From Bacteroidales bacterium (lineage in GTDB: Bacteria > Bacteroidota > Bacteroidia > Bacteroidales > F082), in the NCBI GenBank assembly GCA_045627065.1, contig JAZQMX010000048.1, positions 13,014-77,013 of the forward strand: a stretch of DNA of 64,000 nt. Direction: 5' to 3'. The position numbers were made by a program, and so were the translations under genes. The notes under the pieces were generated by a model, which searched no databases, was not told the DNA's origin, and saw nothing but the letters and a program-made list of their open reading frames with translations. Below are positions 25,820 to 35,089 of the stretch, one piece after another (the stretch's first letter is position 1; each line of letters starts with the position of its first letter).

Positions 25820-27715
25820 ATGATTAGAAAACGTTCTTTCTCTATCCGATTGAGCCTTAATATCCTTCTAGTTTTGGCGGCTTTGTTTCTTGCCGCCATC
25901 GCCATTGTGGCATTCACTTCACATAGACTGATTACCGATGAAGCGACGCGCTCGGCACAAAACAAGCTTGACGCTTCGATAAGCGACATCGAAAAGAAAT
26001 TGTTGCCAACGGAATCGAAGGTGCAGAGCGTTGCTTGGTTCGTCTCGCATCAGGATTGCGATACCACTTCCTTGCGATTCCTGACGACGGCGGTGGTTAA
26101 AGACCTTAATATCATTGGTTCGGGCGTGGCTTATGCTCCTTTTGCTTTCGATAGCACTTGCTACTATCTGATGTGCTATACCTCGGATGTCAACGATAAG
26201 CTGGAAACAAGGTGGCTGGGGGGAGACTCCTATAATTATTTCTCAATGGACTGGTTCCGCATCCCTTATGAGACCAAAAAACCTTATTGGAGCGACCCAT
26301 ATTTCGACAAAGGTGGTGGAAATTGTCTTATGTCAACCTATAGCTATCCTCTGATAGGTGAAGATAATACAGTCTATGCTGTTGTCACTGCCGACATCAC
26401 TTTGGAGTGGATTGCCGATAAGGTGAAGACCATCAAGCCTTACAAGAATTCCTATATGGCGGTAGTGAGTTCGAATGGCAGTTATTTCGATGCTACTTCT
26501 GAAGAGATGTTGAAGAACCGGACCATTTATTCGACGGCTAAGACAACCAAGAATAGGCAAGTCTCAAAAATCGTCGATGAAATGATGTCAGGCCGGAAAG
26601 GCGTCGAGCAGTTCTCCAATAAAGGCTATAAGGGTTTCGCCGTCTATGGCCCTCTGCATAATGGCTGGTCGGCTGCCATCATCTGCCAGTATCGCGATGT
26701 CCTTGAACGCTCGTTGGAAATGAGTAAGATATTGGGCCTGGTGTGCTTGTTTGGCCTGGTTGCCATGTATATCTTCTGCCGTCGAAGGGTGAAGAAACTG
26801 ACGCAGCCTATTACGGAGTTGACGGTTTCGGCCATGAATATGGCTAAGGGTAATTTCCATGCCCAGCTTGCTGAGGTCAATACCAACGACGAAATGCGCC
26901 GCTTGCATGACGCATTCGACCAGATGCAGCATTCCATCAATGATTACATCTCGGAACTGCGGACCACGACAGCCACGAATATGCGTTTGGAAAGCGAACT
27001 GAACATCGCAAAGAGCATCCAGCAGCACATGGTGCCGACGAATTTCCCCGACCGGAATGATGTTGGGTTGTTTGCCTTGCTGCAACCCGCAAAGGAAGTC
27101 GGTGGCGATTTGTATGATTTCGTAATCCGTGGCAACGAATTGTATTTCACCATCGGTGACGTGTCGGGCAAGGGCGTCCCAGCCGCCATGTTTATGTCCA
27201 TTACGCGCAGCGCATCGCGTTTCATCTCAGGCCTTGATATGGAGCTCGATGAGGTGATGAAGAATATCAACAATTCCGTCGTCGATGGTAACGATTCGGG
27301 AATGTTCGTGACCTTGTTCATGGGATGCTTGAACCTTCAAACCGGACACTTCAAGTATTGCAATGGCGGCCATAACCCACTCGTGGTTGTGCCTGCTAAT
27401 GGACAAGAGCCTTATTTCTTGCAGCAGAAGTCTAACATCGCCATAGGCGTGTTCCCTGACTTCGAATTCGAGATGCAGGAAGCCGATTTGGAGAAAGGCT
27501 CAAGGCTCGTGCTTTATACCGATGGTGTAACGGAGGCTGAGCGTGATGACAAGTCTCAATATGGCGAGCAACGCCTGCTTGATTGGGCAAAGTCGAACTT
27601 CGCCATCGAAAGCGAAGAAGCTGTTTGCATGAGGCTTTATGACGATGTCAAGGGTTTCGTGGGCGACAATGAGCAGAATGACGACATCACCATTATGTCA
27701 ATCAAGCTGAAATAA
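25820..27715 (+). CDS. Membrane sensor PP2C-type phosphatase (extracytoplasmic sensor - TM - HAMP - SpoIIE/RsbU domain)
   Basis: Two TM segments flank a periplasmic domain of about 270 aa. A HAMP-like segment (PITELTVSAMNMAKGNF) follows. The SpoIIE motifs are GGDLYDF, GDVSGKGVPAAMFMS and LYTDGVTEA...NDDITI. Confidence 0.85.
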   Translation: MIRKRSFSIRLSLNILLVLAALFLAAIAIVAFTSHRLITDEATRSAQNKLDASISDIEKKLLPTESKVQSVAWFVSHQDCDTTSLRFLTTAVVKDLNIIGSGVAYAPFAFDSTCYYLMCYTSDVNDKLETRWLGGDSYNYFSMDWFRIPYETKKPYWSDPYFDKGGGNCLMSTYSYPLIGEDNTVYAVVTADITLEWIADKVKTIKPYKNSYMAVVSSNGSYFDATSEEMLKNRTIYSTAKTTKNRQVSKIVDEMMSGRKGVEQFSNKGYKGFAVYGPLHNGWSAAIICQYRDVLERSLEMSKILGLVCLFGLVAMYIFCRRRVKKLTQPITELTVSAMNMAKGNFHAQLAEVNTNDEMRRLHDAFDQMQHSINDYISELRTTTATNMRLESELNIAKSIQQHMVPTNFPDRNDVGLFALLQPAKEVGGDLYDFVIRGNELYFTIGDVSGKGVPAAMFMSITRSASRFISGLDMELDEVMKNINNSVVDGNDSGMFVTLFMGCLNLQTGHFKYCNGGHNPLVVVPANGQEPYFLQQKSNIAIGVFPDFEFEMQEADLEKGSRLVLYTDGVTEAERDDKSQYGEQRLLDWAKSNFAIESEEAVCMRLYDDVKGFVGDNEQNDDITIMSIKLK

Positions 27716-27725
27716 AGTTTTGGGT

Positions 27726-27752
27726 GGATTCCTTTTTTGCCAAGGGGAATCC
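27726..27752. terminator. Hairpin between convergent genes
   Basis: ggattcc (27726-27732) pairs with ggaatcc (27746-27752) across a 13-nt loop. Confidence 0.35.
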
Positions 27753-29126
27753 TCATTTCCCGTAGGTCTTTCTTACTCGTTCTTCCAGGTCGCCACGGTC
27801 AGGTGTGGGGGCTGGGGCGGCGGCAATTTTGTTGCCTTTGCCGATGAGGATGTATTCTGGGAAGGTCTTCACGTTGTAGGCTTCCAAGAGTAGGATGTTG
27901 TTGCCTAAGTCCAAGAGCGGCCAGTCGTAGCCTTTATCGTTGAAATGCTGCTTGTAGAACTCCATCTTGTCGCGGGTGGCGATGGTGACAATTTGGACGC
28001 TGTCGTTCCACTGTTGGTGAAGCTCGTTCAGCTGTGTCATCTGCCGTTCGCTGACGGGTGAGTATCCTTCCATGAACTGCAGGAGCACCAGTTTGCTCTT
28101 GAAGTCTGATAGCCTGACGTCGTGGCCTTGGCTGTCTTTCAGGTTGAAGTCGGGGGCAGGGCTGCCTGGGGCAAGACGGTTTTGGCTGGCAAAGAAATCA
28201 GCGATGATGGCTTTGTGTTCGGCATACTGCGTGTTGACCTTCATCTGTTCCAGATGTGCCTTGGCGTAACGTCGGGTCTCGGGGTCAGCATTGCATAAGC
28301 CTTGAAGGTTGTATATGGTGATGAGCTCGGCCAGACGTGGGTTCTTGGCCATAAAGGGGTCGGTGTTAAGGTAATCCTTGAGGGCTTTCGGACCAGTCAA
28401 GAAAGCTTCGTCGAGGGCGTTGATGTCGTAAACCGTCTTGTTGAACTGGTTGGAGAATAACTCTTTGAACAGGTCGATATAGGCCGTGTTGGTGTAGAGT
28501 ATGGGCTTGCCGTCGAAATAGTCGCTGACGATTTTCTTGCCACCGTCGGAAGAGATGGCGAGACGGATGGCGGCTTGCCGATAGAGGTTGTAGTTTTTCA
28601 CGTAGTCCGACTCTATCTCAGGTAGCTCGCGACTGATGGTGGCTTGGATGGAGTCAATATAACGCACTTGGCGACCTCTGTAAATCTGGTTGATGTGGTC
28701 GATGAGGTAGCCGTTGGTGATGTCGTCAGAGATGATGATCTGCCGGTACACTCCCTTGTCGGTTGCATGTTTGACACGGATAGTGGGCATCTCTTTGTCA
28801 AAATACGAGACGTTGTCTTGCTGTTCGGGCACGATGATCTCGATGTCGTATGTGGCGTTGGGGGTAAGCACCATGTCAACGCTTTCAAGACCTACAAAAA
28901 TACGTGAGGAGAGCGTCTGGCTCAGTTTCCCTTTAAGGAGGAAGTTGCCTTTTGCATCAGCTTGGCATTCGTATAGCTGCTTGCCGCTATTGTTGAGGAG
29001 GTCGTCGTATACGAACAGACGAATCAATTCGTTAGGCTTGTTGGTGCATCCCGTAACGGTCACGTTCTGGGCCTGAATGGTAGCGAAAGCTAACGATAAT
29101 AATAAGGTATAGACAAGTCTTTTCAT
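27753..29126 (-). CDS. Secreted TlpA/AhpC-like thioredoxin-fold protein lacking the CxxC active site
   Basis: Has a signal peptide. The C-terminal redoxin-like domain reads APDFNLKDSQGHDVRLSDFKSKLVLLQFMEGYSPVSERQ, so SPVS occupies the position where TlpA proteins carry CxxC. Confidence 0.7.
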   Translation of the reverse strand: MKRLVYTLLLSLAFATIQAQNVTVTGCTNKPNELIRLFVYDDLLNNSGKQLYECQADAKGNFLLKGKLSQTLSSRIFVGLESVDMVLTPNATYDIEIIVPEQQDNVSYFDKEMPTIRVKHATDKGVYRQIIISDDITNGYLIDHINQIYRGRQVRYIDSIQATISRELPEIESDYVKNYNLYRQAAIRLAISSDGGKKIVSDYFDGKPILYTNTAYIDLFKELFSNQFNKTVYDINALDEAFLTGPKALKDYLNTDPFMAKNPRLAELITIYNLQGLCNADPETRRYAKAHLEQMKVNTQYAEHKAIIADFFASQNRLAPGSPAPDFNLKDSQGHDVRLSDFKSKLVLLQFMEGYSPVSERQMTQLNELHQQWNDSVQIVTIATRDKMEFYKQHFNDKGYDWPLLDLGNNILLLEAYNVKTFPEYILIGKGNKIAAAPAPTPDRGDLEERVRKTYGK

Positions 29127-29153
29127 GCTTCCGATAACGGAAATCTGGCCGTA

Positions 29154-29627
29154 TTATTGCTTTATCTCGTCGAGACAGACTTCCTTCGGGACGAATTTCG
29201 ACACGTCGCCGCCGTTCTTGTAGATGTCACGCACTACGCTCGATGACACGCCTACCAAGGCACTTTCGGTAAGCAGGAAAATGGTCTCAAGCTCAGGGTG
29301 CAAGCGCTTGTTTGCGTGACCAATCATGTTCTCGTACTCAAAGTCGCTGCCGCAGCGTAGGCCACGTACGATGTACTTGGCGTGGACCTTCTTGCAGAAG
29401 TCGGCAGTGAGGCCTTCATAGGCTTCCACCTTAACTTGTGGATAGTCCTTGAAGACGTCCTTGATCCATTGTATGCGCTTCTCAAGTGGGAAGGTTGAAC
29501 GCTTCTCGCTGTTGACGCCAACGGCAACATAAAGTTCGTCGAACATAGGCAAGGCTCTCAAAACGATGGAACGGTGACCTAAGGTGATGGGGTCGAATGA
29601 CCCTGGGAAAACGGCTATTCTCTTCAT
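29154..29627 (-). CDS. coaD: Phosphopantetheine adenylyltransferase
   Basis: MKRIAVFPGSFDPITLGHRSIV... carries the H/TxGH nucleotidyltransferase motif. Length is 157 aa. Confidence 0.95.
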   Translation of the reverse strand: MKRIAVFPGSFDPITLGHRSIVLRALPMFDELYVAVGVNSEKRSTFPLEKRIQWIKDVFKDYPQVKVEAYEGLTADFCKKVHAKYIVRGLRCGSDFEYENMIGHANKRLHPELETIFLLTESALVGVSSSVVRDIYKNGGDVSKFVPKEVCLDEIKQ

Positions 29628-29653
29628 TGTTTCGTGATGTTGTTAGCAACGCT

Positions 29654-29661
29654 GCAAAAGT
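29654..29661 (-). promoter_or_regulatory. -7 box (TACTTTTG) for coaD
   Basis: The reverse complement of caaaagta. It lies 27 nt upstream of the ATG at 29627. Confidence 0.5.
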
Positions 29662-29671
29662 ACGAAAAAAC

Positions 29672-30298
29672 TTAGATTCCTACGATTTGTTTTATTTCTG
29701 GTCCGAGCACCTCACGGATGGAGAGGAAAGTGCCTTCCAAGAACGTGTCGACCTCCTCTTTCCCGATGAGGTTCACCGCGGTGATGCCTTCTTCTTGCTG
29801 CGGCTTGGTCTGGCATGCTTTTTCGCTGGTCATCACATACCAATAGGTACGTTTCAGTTCCCACACGTCCTTGCGTAAGTAGCAGTGCCAGGTGGATGGC
29901 AGCTCGCGCTCTATCTTCAGTCCGCCGATGCCAGTCTCTTCTTCCACTTCGCGCAAGGCGGCCACTTCGGGGGTCTCGCCAGCTTCGATGTGTCCCTTGG
30001 GCAGGTCGGGGATGCCTTTGCGGGTGATGCCCACAAATTTGCCGTCAGCAACGACGATGCCGCCTGCTGCTGGAGCCATGCGGAAGGTCTTGCGGAGGGC
30101 TTCACCAACGGCCACAGGGCTCACTTGCTGTATCAAAGTCTGGGTTGGATCGGTGTCGTCGAGCCATTCTGGCAAAAAAATACATAAATCTTCGATATCG
30201 TATGTGTCGGATTCTTGGATAGTTGCGCCCGATTTCAATTCATTGCTCTCAATATTTGGGAAAACGAGTGTTTTATTTTCATGAAAAATCTTGTACAT
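29672..30298 (-). CDS. NUDIX hydrolase
   Basis: The Nudix box is GHIEAGETPEVAALREVEEETG. Confidence 0.85.
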   Translation of the reverse strand: MYKIFHENKTLVFPNIESNELKSGATIQESDTYDIEDLCIFLPEWLDDTDPTQTLIQQVSPVAVGEALRKTFRMAPAAGGIVVADGKFVGITRKGIPDLPKGHIEAGETPEVAALREVEEETGIGGLKIERELPSTWHCYLRKDVWELKRTYWYVMTSEKACQTKPQQEEGITAVNLIGKEEVDTFLEGTFLSIREVLGPEIKQIVGI

Positions 30299-30346
30299 TT
30301 GTAGCCAAATTTGAACGTTGTTTCAGACGACAAAGATAAACATTTT

Positions 30347-30994
30347 ATGAAATACGAAGATTCAGCATTGACTTTGGCCCGTCATCTTTTGCAGATTAAG
30401 GCCGTGAAACTTAGCCCCAAGGCTCCGTTCACATGGGCATCGGGATTGAAAAGCCCCATTTATTGCGACAACCGCGTCACCCTCTCTTATCCTACTGTAC
30501 GCACTTATATCCGTCAGCAGTTTTGTGAGAAGCTAGTGCAGACATACGGCATGCCTGACGTGATTGCAGGTGTGGCCACAGGTGGTATCGCTCAAGGCGC
30601 ATTGGTGGCTCAGGAACTGGGCTTGCCTTTCGTGTATGTGCGCTCAGAGAAGAAGTCGCATGGCATGCAGAACCAGATCGAGGGCGTCATCAACCCAGGT
30701 CAGTCGGTCGTGGTGATCGAAGACTTGGTCTCTACGGGTAAGTCGAGCCTCTTGGCTGTGGATGCCTTGCGCGAAGTAGGTGCCGAAGTGAAGGGCATGT
30801 TGGCCATCTTCACCTATCAGATGCCTATTGCAGCCGAGAACTTCGCCAACAAGAATTGCCAACTGGTGACCTTGTCGAACTACGAGACTTTGATTCATCA
30901 AGCCATCGAAGATGAATACATTACCAAGGATGACCAACAGTCGCTGATGGAATGGCGCAAGGACCAGCAAGCCTGGAGCGACAAGTGGAATTGA
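30347..30994 (+). CDS. pyrE: Orotate phosphoribosyltransferase
   Basis: The PRPP-binding motif is VVVIEDLVSTGKS. The N-terminus has FTWASGLKSPIYCDNR. Start moved to the ATG at 30347 (MKYED...). Confidence 0.92.
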   Translation: MKYEDSALTLARHLLQIKAVKLSPKAPFTWASGLKSPIYCDNRVTLSYPTVRTYIRQQFCEKLVQTYGMPDVIAGVATGGIAQGALVAQELGLPFVYVRSEKKSHGMQNQIEGVINPGQSVVVIEDLVSTGKSSLLAVDALREVGAEVKGMLAIFTYQMPIAAENFANKNCQLVTLSNYETLIHQAIEDEYITKDDQQSLMEWRKDQQAWSDKWN

Positions 30995-31022
30995 ATCCCT
31001 ATATGATTTGATATAAAACGAA

Positions 31023-31050
31023 AAAGGAGGCACCCATCGATGCCTCCTTT
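31023..31050. terminator. Bidirectional intrinsic terminator (pyrE / C13 peptidase gene)
   Basis: aaaGGAGGCAcccatcgaTGCCTCCttt has an 8-bp GC-rich stem flanked by A-rich and T-rich runs. Confidence 0.7.
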
Positions 31051-31065
31051 TCTGTTTCTTGCCTC

Positions 31066-32796
31066 TTACTTTCCAATCACCAATTTCTTGATTTGGAAAT
31101 ATTCGTCACAGCCAATTGCGCAAGTGTATACACCACGGGCAAATTCATGTAGGTCGATAACCTTTTGGCCTTGATTGCCATCCAACTCCATCTGCTTTAC
31201 TTTAATGCCCATAGTGTTGAAAATGGAAAGTTCGGCTTTGGTGTTGCCATCGGGTAGGGTGTAGTCCACCGTTACCCATGCTGTGGCGGGGTTGGGGTGT
31301 ATGTCCATTTGCAATAATGGATGCTGCTCTGCTATAGTTAGGCATCCTCCGTATTGCGATTGCGGATGTTCTTCTGACACTTCATTGCCTTGCTGAGGGT
31401 AGAAGTAGCCGTATTCTGACCATATGTCAAGATTGTCGGCAAAAGTGAACAGTTCGTTTAACGAAAGGATTCCATCGCCATCGGTATCCGGATTTTTGTC
31501 GTATTGCTCATGATCGGGCATGTCTGGCTCCGTGAAAAAGACGTTCCACGGCATTGGGTTTGAACTATCTGATCCTCCAATAGTGCCGTAGCCAATGTTT
31601 TCCCAAGGTCCCCAAGAGTCGTCGCTTCTATTATATACATGCGGATAATAGCCTAACGCTGCAGCAGACCAATAATAGGTGAATTCATTCACATTAAACA
31701 GTAAAGGAGTCGGCGACTTTTCGTTTGAGCGTCCCGTTGCGGTAATGTATTTTTCTGCCCATGAATAGCCTTCGGCATCTGAGGCAGTGAAAACTGCCCT
31801 GTTTTTGCATTTTGCTTCAGAGACATCCATAAAGTCATCTATGAATCCTCCTGAATGGCAGTTCTGCATCAATAGCACCATTTTCGAACAATTGATATCC
31901 AGCAGCCACTCTGACAAATCAGATGATGACACTGCGTTGCCTGTACTACCAGGCGGATTCATGTTGAAGAAAGATTCATTTGTCGAACTGTTTTTGTCGC
32001 CATGTCCTGTGACGTAGATAAATAGCTTGTCATCGGGAGCGAGTTCCCACTCATGCCCTAGCTGAAACTTTTCTAAAAGAATTCGTAGATTCGTCTTGCT
32101 GTATTCCCAACCAAAGTCCGAATAAAAGTCGGATGTGCCATCATGGTCCAAATCATTGCTATAATGGCCCGAGATGGAAGGATGAGGGAGGACAAAGACA
32201 TGACCGTTGTATTCGTCCTTTAAGTTGCTTGTATTGGGGATATATCCGTTATTAATCAGAACATTGTAGACACATGACAAATCGCCCCAAAACCTCCCAT
32301 TAGAACTATAATAATCACCAACATCTCCACATATCATCACTGCCCACAAATGAGGATCTTGAGATGTGATGCCTTTGGTGGTTCCATAGGCAACGCTCGG
32401 CTCAAAATCAATGGGTTGAGGTCGGCTCATCAACGAAATTGCTTCATGATTAGACCAATTCTTGGGGAAAATGGTACTTTCAATTATCGTGTGCTCACCT
32501 GTGCTAGAATCTATCAAACAATAGTTGCATGGATGTGACCAATTGGCAAAAGGAAGTAAATCAATAAAATAGCCGTAACAATTGCCATAGGGTACGGAGA
32601 GCGTTGTACCGTCAAACATTTGTATTTTGCCTTTTCCATGCAATGATTCAGTGGACGCATAAATGTCAATGTGCTCAATGATTGATCCATATATCTGATT
32701 GACAATGAGGTCGTCAGCCTGCTGGTGGGTGATTTGTGCTAGAGCTATGTTGGAAGCTACGAGACAAGCCACTATTAAAGGTAAGATCTTTCTCAT
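31066..32796 (-). CDS. Clan CD cysteine peptidase (C13 legumain-like) with a T9SS C-terminal domain
   Basis: The catalytic dyad context is LFIYVTGHGD and VLLMQNCHSGGFIDDF. There is a Ca-binding-like DTDGDGILSLNELF segment. The Por tail is IHPNPATAWVTVDY...GVYTCAI...LVIGK. Confidence 0.7.
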   Translation of the reverse strand: MRKILPLIVACLVASNIALAQITHQQADDLIVNQIYGSIIEHIDIYASTESLHGKGKIQMFDGTTLSVPYGNCYGYFIDLLPFANWSHPCNYCLIDSSTGEHTIIESTIFPKNWSNHEAISLMSRPQPIDFEPSVAYGTTKGITSQDPHLWAVMICGDVGDYYSSNGRFWGDLSCVYNVLINNGYIPNTSNLKDEYNGHVFVLPHPSISGHYSNDLDHDGTSDFYSDFGWEYSKTNLRILLEKFQLGHEWELAPDDKLFIYVTGHGDKNSSTNESFFNMNPPGSTGNAVSSSDLSEWLLDINCSKMVLLMQNCHSGGFIDDFMDVSEAKCKNRAVFTASDAEGYSWAEKYITATGRSNEKSPTPLLFNVNEFTYYWSAAALGYYPHVYNRSDDSWGPWENIGYGTIGGSDSSNPMPWNVFFTEPDMPDHEQYDKNPDTDGDGILSLNELFTFADNLDIWSEYGYFYPQQGNEVSEEHPQSQYGGCLTIAEQHPLLQMDIHPNPATAWVTVDYTLPDGNTKAELSIFNTMGIKVKQMELDGNQGQKVIDLHEFARGVYTCAIGCDEYFQIKKLVIGK

Positions 32797-32819
32797 CGTG
32801 AAGAAGATATTATGTGATA

Positions 32820-34121
32820 TCAGTACTTTATCTCGAAGATATCCACGCAGTTGCCGCCAACACCAGAGCGTCCTTGGGCGGTGGTGTAGATGTATTTGCC
32901 GTTTTTCGAGATGTCCAAACCTACAGGATATGAATCGGCGGCTATCGAGGTCACGACTTGCATGGTGTGGGCGTCAACGACATAGATGCTGCTGCTGGAG
33001 TTGCAGGCTGCGATGATGTATTTCCCATCAGGAGTGATCTCGATGGTTCGTGTTCCTGAGCCAACTTTGCAATTTTCCCAACCTGTCAGTTGCGCTTTCT
33101 TGTCTTTTATGGTACCAATGGCATCGATGAAGGTCTGCAACGGGATGCGTTGCACATAGCCAGCCTTGTTTATGCTTAGGTAAAGGTAACCATTGCTGAT
33201 GAGTAGGTGCCTCAGGTTGGTCATCATGCCGTAGATGGTGCCTTTGTAGGTGAAATTGGTCAGGTCGATGACGGCGATACCACCGCTGCCACCCATGCAA
33301 CCGACCAAGAGGTAGTGGTTGTCGGGCGTGAAGACGGTGCCGCGTAAGCAAAGCCCGCTGTTCACGTCGCGGTTGACAGATGTCGTGGTGCTGAAATTCA
33401 AGGCCAATTTGTAGTTTACCGTCACGCACGAGAGATAATGCCAATCGCTAGGGTTGCTGCTCGCAATGTCGATGATGCCAACCGTGTTGTTGCCCCAATG
33501 GGTGATGGCGACGTATCTGTTGTTGCTTGAGACCGCAATCATTTTTGGAAGCGGACCGGTTTCCATCAAACGGATGATGCTGTCGGTCTCGGTGTCGATG
33601 ATGGCTACCGCCGATGGGTCTTGGGCATTGATGTCGTAGCTGCGACGGTAATAGGGCACCCAAAGATAACGGCCATGGTGCGAGAAGGCACTTTCTACGG
33701 GTTTGCCGTAAAAGGTGTTGAGGTTCTTGGTGTAGTGGGTGAACTCGTAAAGGCCTGAAGGCTTGCTCCACAAGAGCGAATCGCTGTCGGTGAATTTATG
33801 GGAGATGGTCTTGATTTTCTTGTTGGTACCGCTCTCATATACTACTGTTCTTGCGCCTTCCAACGAGTTGACATAATATTTCTTGCCGCTCGGATGGATG
33901 TTGACGGATTTCGGTGAGTTGATGTCGGCGTCGTAAGTATCGGCATCGTAGCTCGAAAAATGCTGCTTCTTTGTCAGCAAGGAGATGGATAATTTGCCGT
34001 CCGCTGAGACTGATTTTGTCCCGATTTTTGGATGTGCTGACTTCGGCTGTGCCGTCAACATTGTTGGATTGAAATAGCACAAAATGGTGAACAGTGCAAT
34101 TGCATAGAGGAATCGTTTCAT
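32820..34121 (-). CDS. Secreted beta-propeller repeat protein (YVTN/YncE-like)
   Basis: Has a signal peptide. Repeated blade-like units include RYVAITHWGNNTVGIIDI, HYLLVGCMGGSGGIAVIDL, KYIIAACNSSSSIYVVD and KYIYTTAQG. Confidence 0.6.
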   Translation of the reverse strand: MKRFLYAIALFTILCYFNPTMLTAQPKSAHPKIGTKSVSADGKLSISLLTKKQHFSSYDADTYDADINSPKSVNIHPSGKKYYVNSLEGARTVVYESGTNKKIKTISHKFTDSDSLLWSKPSGLYEFTHYTKNLNTFYGKPVESAFSHHGRYLWVPYYRRSYDINAQDPSAVAIIDTETDSIIRLMETGPLPKMIAVSSNNRYVAITHWGNNTVGIIDIASSNPSDWHYLSCVTVNYKLALNFSTTTSVNRDVNSGLCLRGTVFTPDNHYLLVGCMGGSGGIAVIDLTNFTYKGTIYGMMTNLRHLLISNGYLYLSINKAGYVQRIPLQTFIDAIGTIKDKKAQLTGWENCKVGSGTRTIEITPDGKYIIAACNSSSSIYVVDAHTMQVVTSIAADSYPVGLDISKNGKYIYTTAQGRSGVGGNCVDIFEIKY

Positions 34122-34975
34122 TTTATTCTGATTTTTTTGCCTATTTGAAGGGTCTTGTTTCGGCTAATGTGGTTGAGGTCGCAAATTTTTTTGACCGTTG
34201 TGTGGTTGTTTTGGGCGATTTTTGAGAGTGTGTCGCCTTTCTTGATGGTGTAATACTTGGCGGTGGATTGTGGTTTTGGCTTGTTAACCTTTTGAGGTAT
34301 GGCCTTGCAGGTGCTGTCGTTCGGATTGGTGCTTATGGTGGCATTTTCGCCAAGCACTCTGCAGGCTGAGATATATCTGGGGAGATAATATGACTCGTTC
34401 GACTTGGTGATGCTTACGCCTCTGCTGCAAGCATGGATGAATGTAAAGGTATTGCTTTTTGGGTCGTTTTCTATCACTATGCCTACGTGCCCAATGTGGT
34501 TCGACAGCTTCCGTCCCGAGTAAAACACCAAATCGCCAGGTCTTAGGTCAGCTTGACGTTTGATGGGCTTTCCGTTGAGCATTTGCCCGTCAGAAGTCCT
34601 AAATAGATTGTACCCAAAATGTCCGAAGACAAATTTTGTGAATCCAGAACAATCGAACATGTCAGGACCGTTTCCTCCACCGACATACGGCTTGCCTAAG
34701 AACATTTTGGCATAATTCAAGAGGCTGTCAGCTAAGGGCAAAGTCCTATAGGAGTCGAGTATAAGGACCGAGTCCAATGGATCAAGTTCATTTGTGAAAA
34801 CGGGTGATTCAATGGGCTGATTGATGAAAATGTTATTCGAAATTACTTCGGAAGAGTCGGCTGGTAGGTCGCCGTTTTCGGCTGCATCATTTTTGGTGAA
34901 AAGGTTAATGACGCTACAACTTGACAATAGCAAGAAAAAGAGAAGAGATAATATGTTTGTTATTGCCGATCTCAT
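34118..34975 (-). CDS. NlpC/P60 peptidoglycan endopeptidase with a C-terminal LysM domain
   Basis: The catalytic Cys context is GPDMFDCSGFTKFVF, followed by HVGIV. The LysM domain is YYTIKKGDTLSKIAQNNHTTVKKICDLNHI...LQIGKKIRI. Its stop overlaps the next gene's start (ATGA). Confidence 0.88.
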   Translation of the reverse strand: MRSAITNILSLLFFLLLSSCSVINLFTKNDAAENGDLPADSSEVISNNIFINQPIESPVFTNELDPLDSVLILDSYRTLPLADSLLNYAKMFLGKPYVGGGNGPDMFDCSGFTKFVFGHFGYNLFRTSDGQMLNGKPIKRQADLRPGDLVFYSGRKLSNHIGHVGIVIENDPKSNTFTFIHACSRGVSITKSNESYYLPRYISACRVLGENATISTNPNDSTCKAIPQKVNKPKPQSTAKYYTIKKGDTLSKIAQNNHTTVKKICDLNHISRNKTLQIGKKIRIK

Positions 34976-35089
34976 TTGATTGGTTTTAGGATTGTAGGTC
35001 TTTTTTCGCCTTTTGAGGCCGCGAAGATAAGGAAAAAAGCATTCAAACTCGTAAATTTGACTTTTACGAAGCCATTTGCCCTATCTGAT

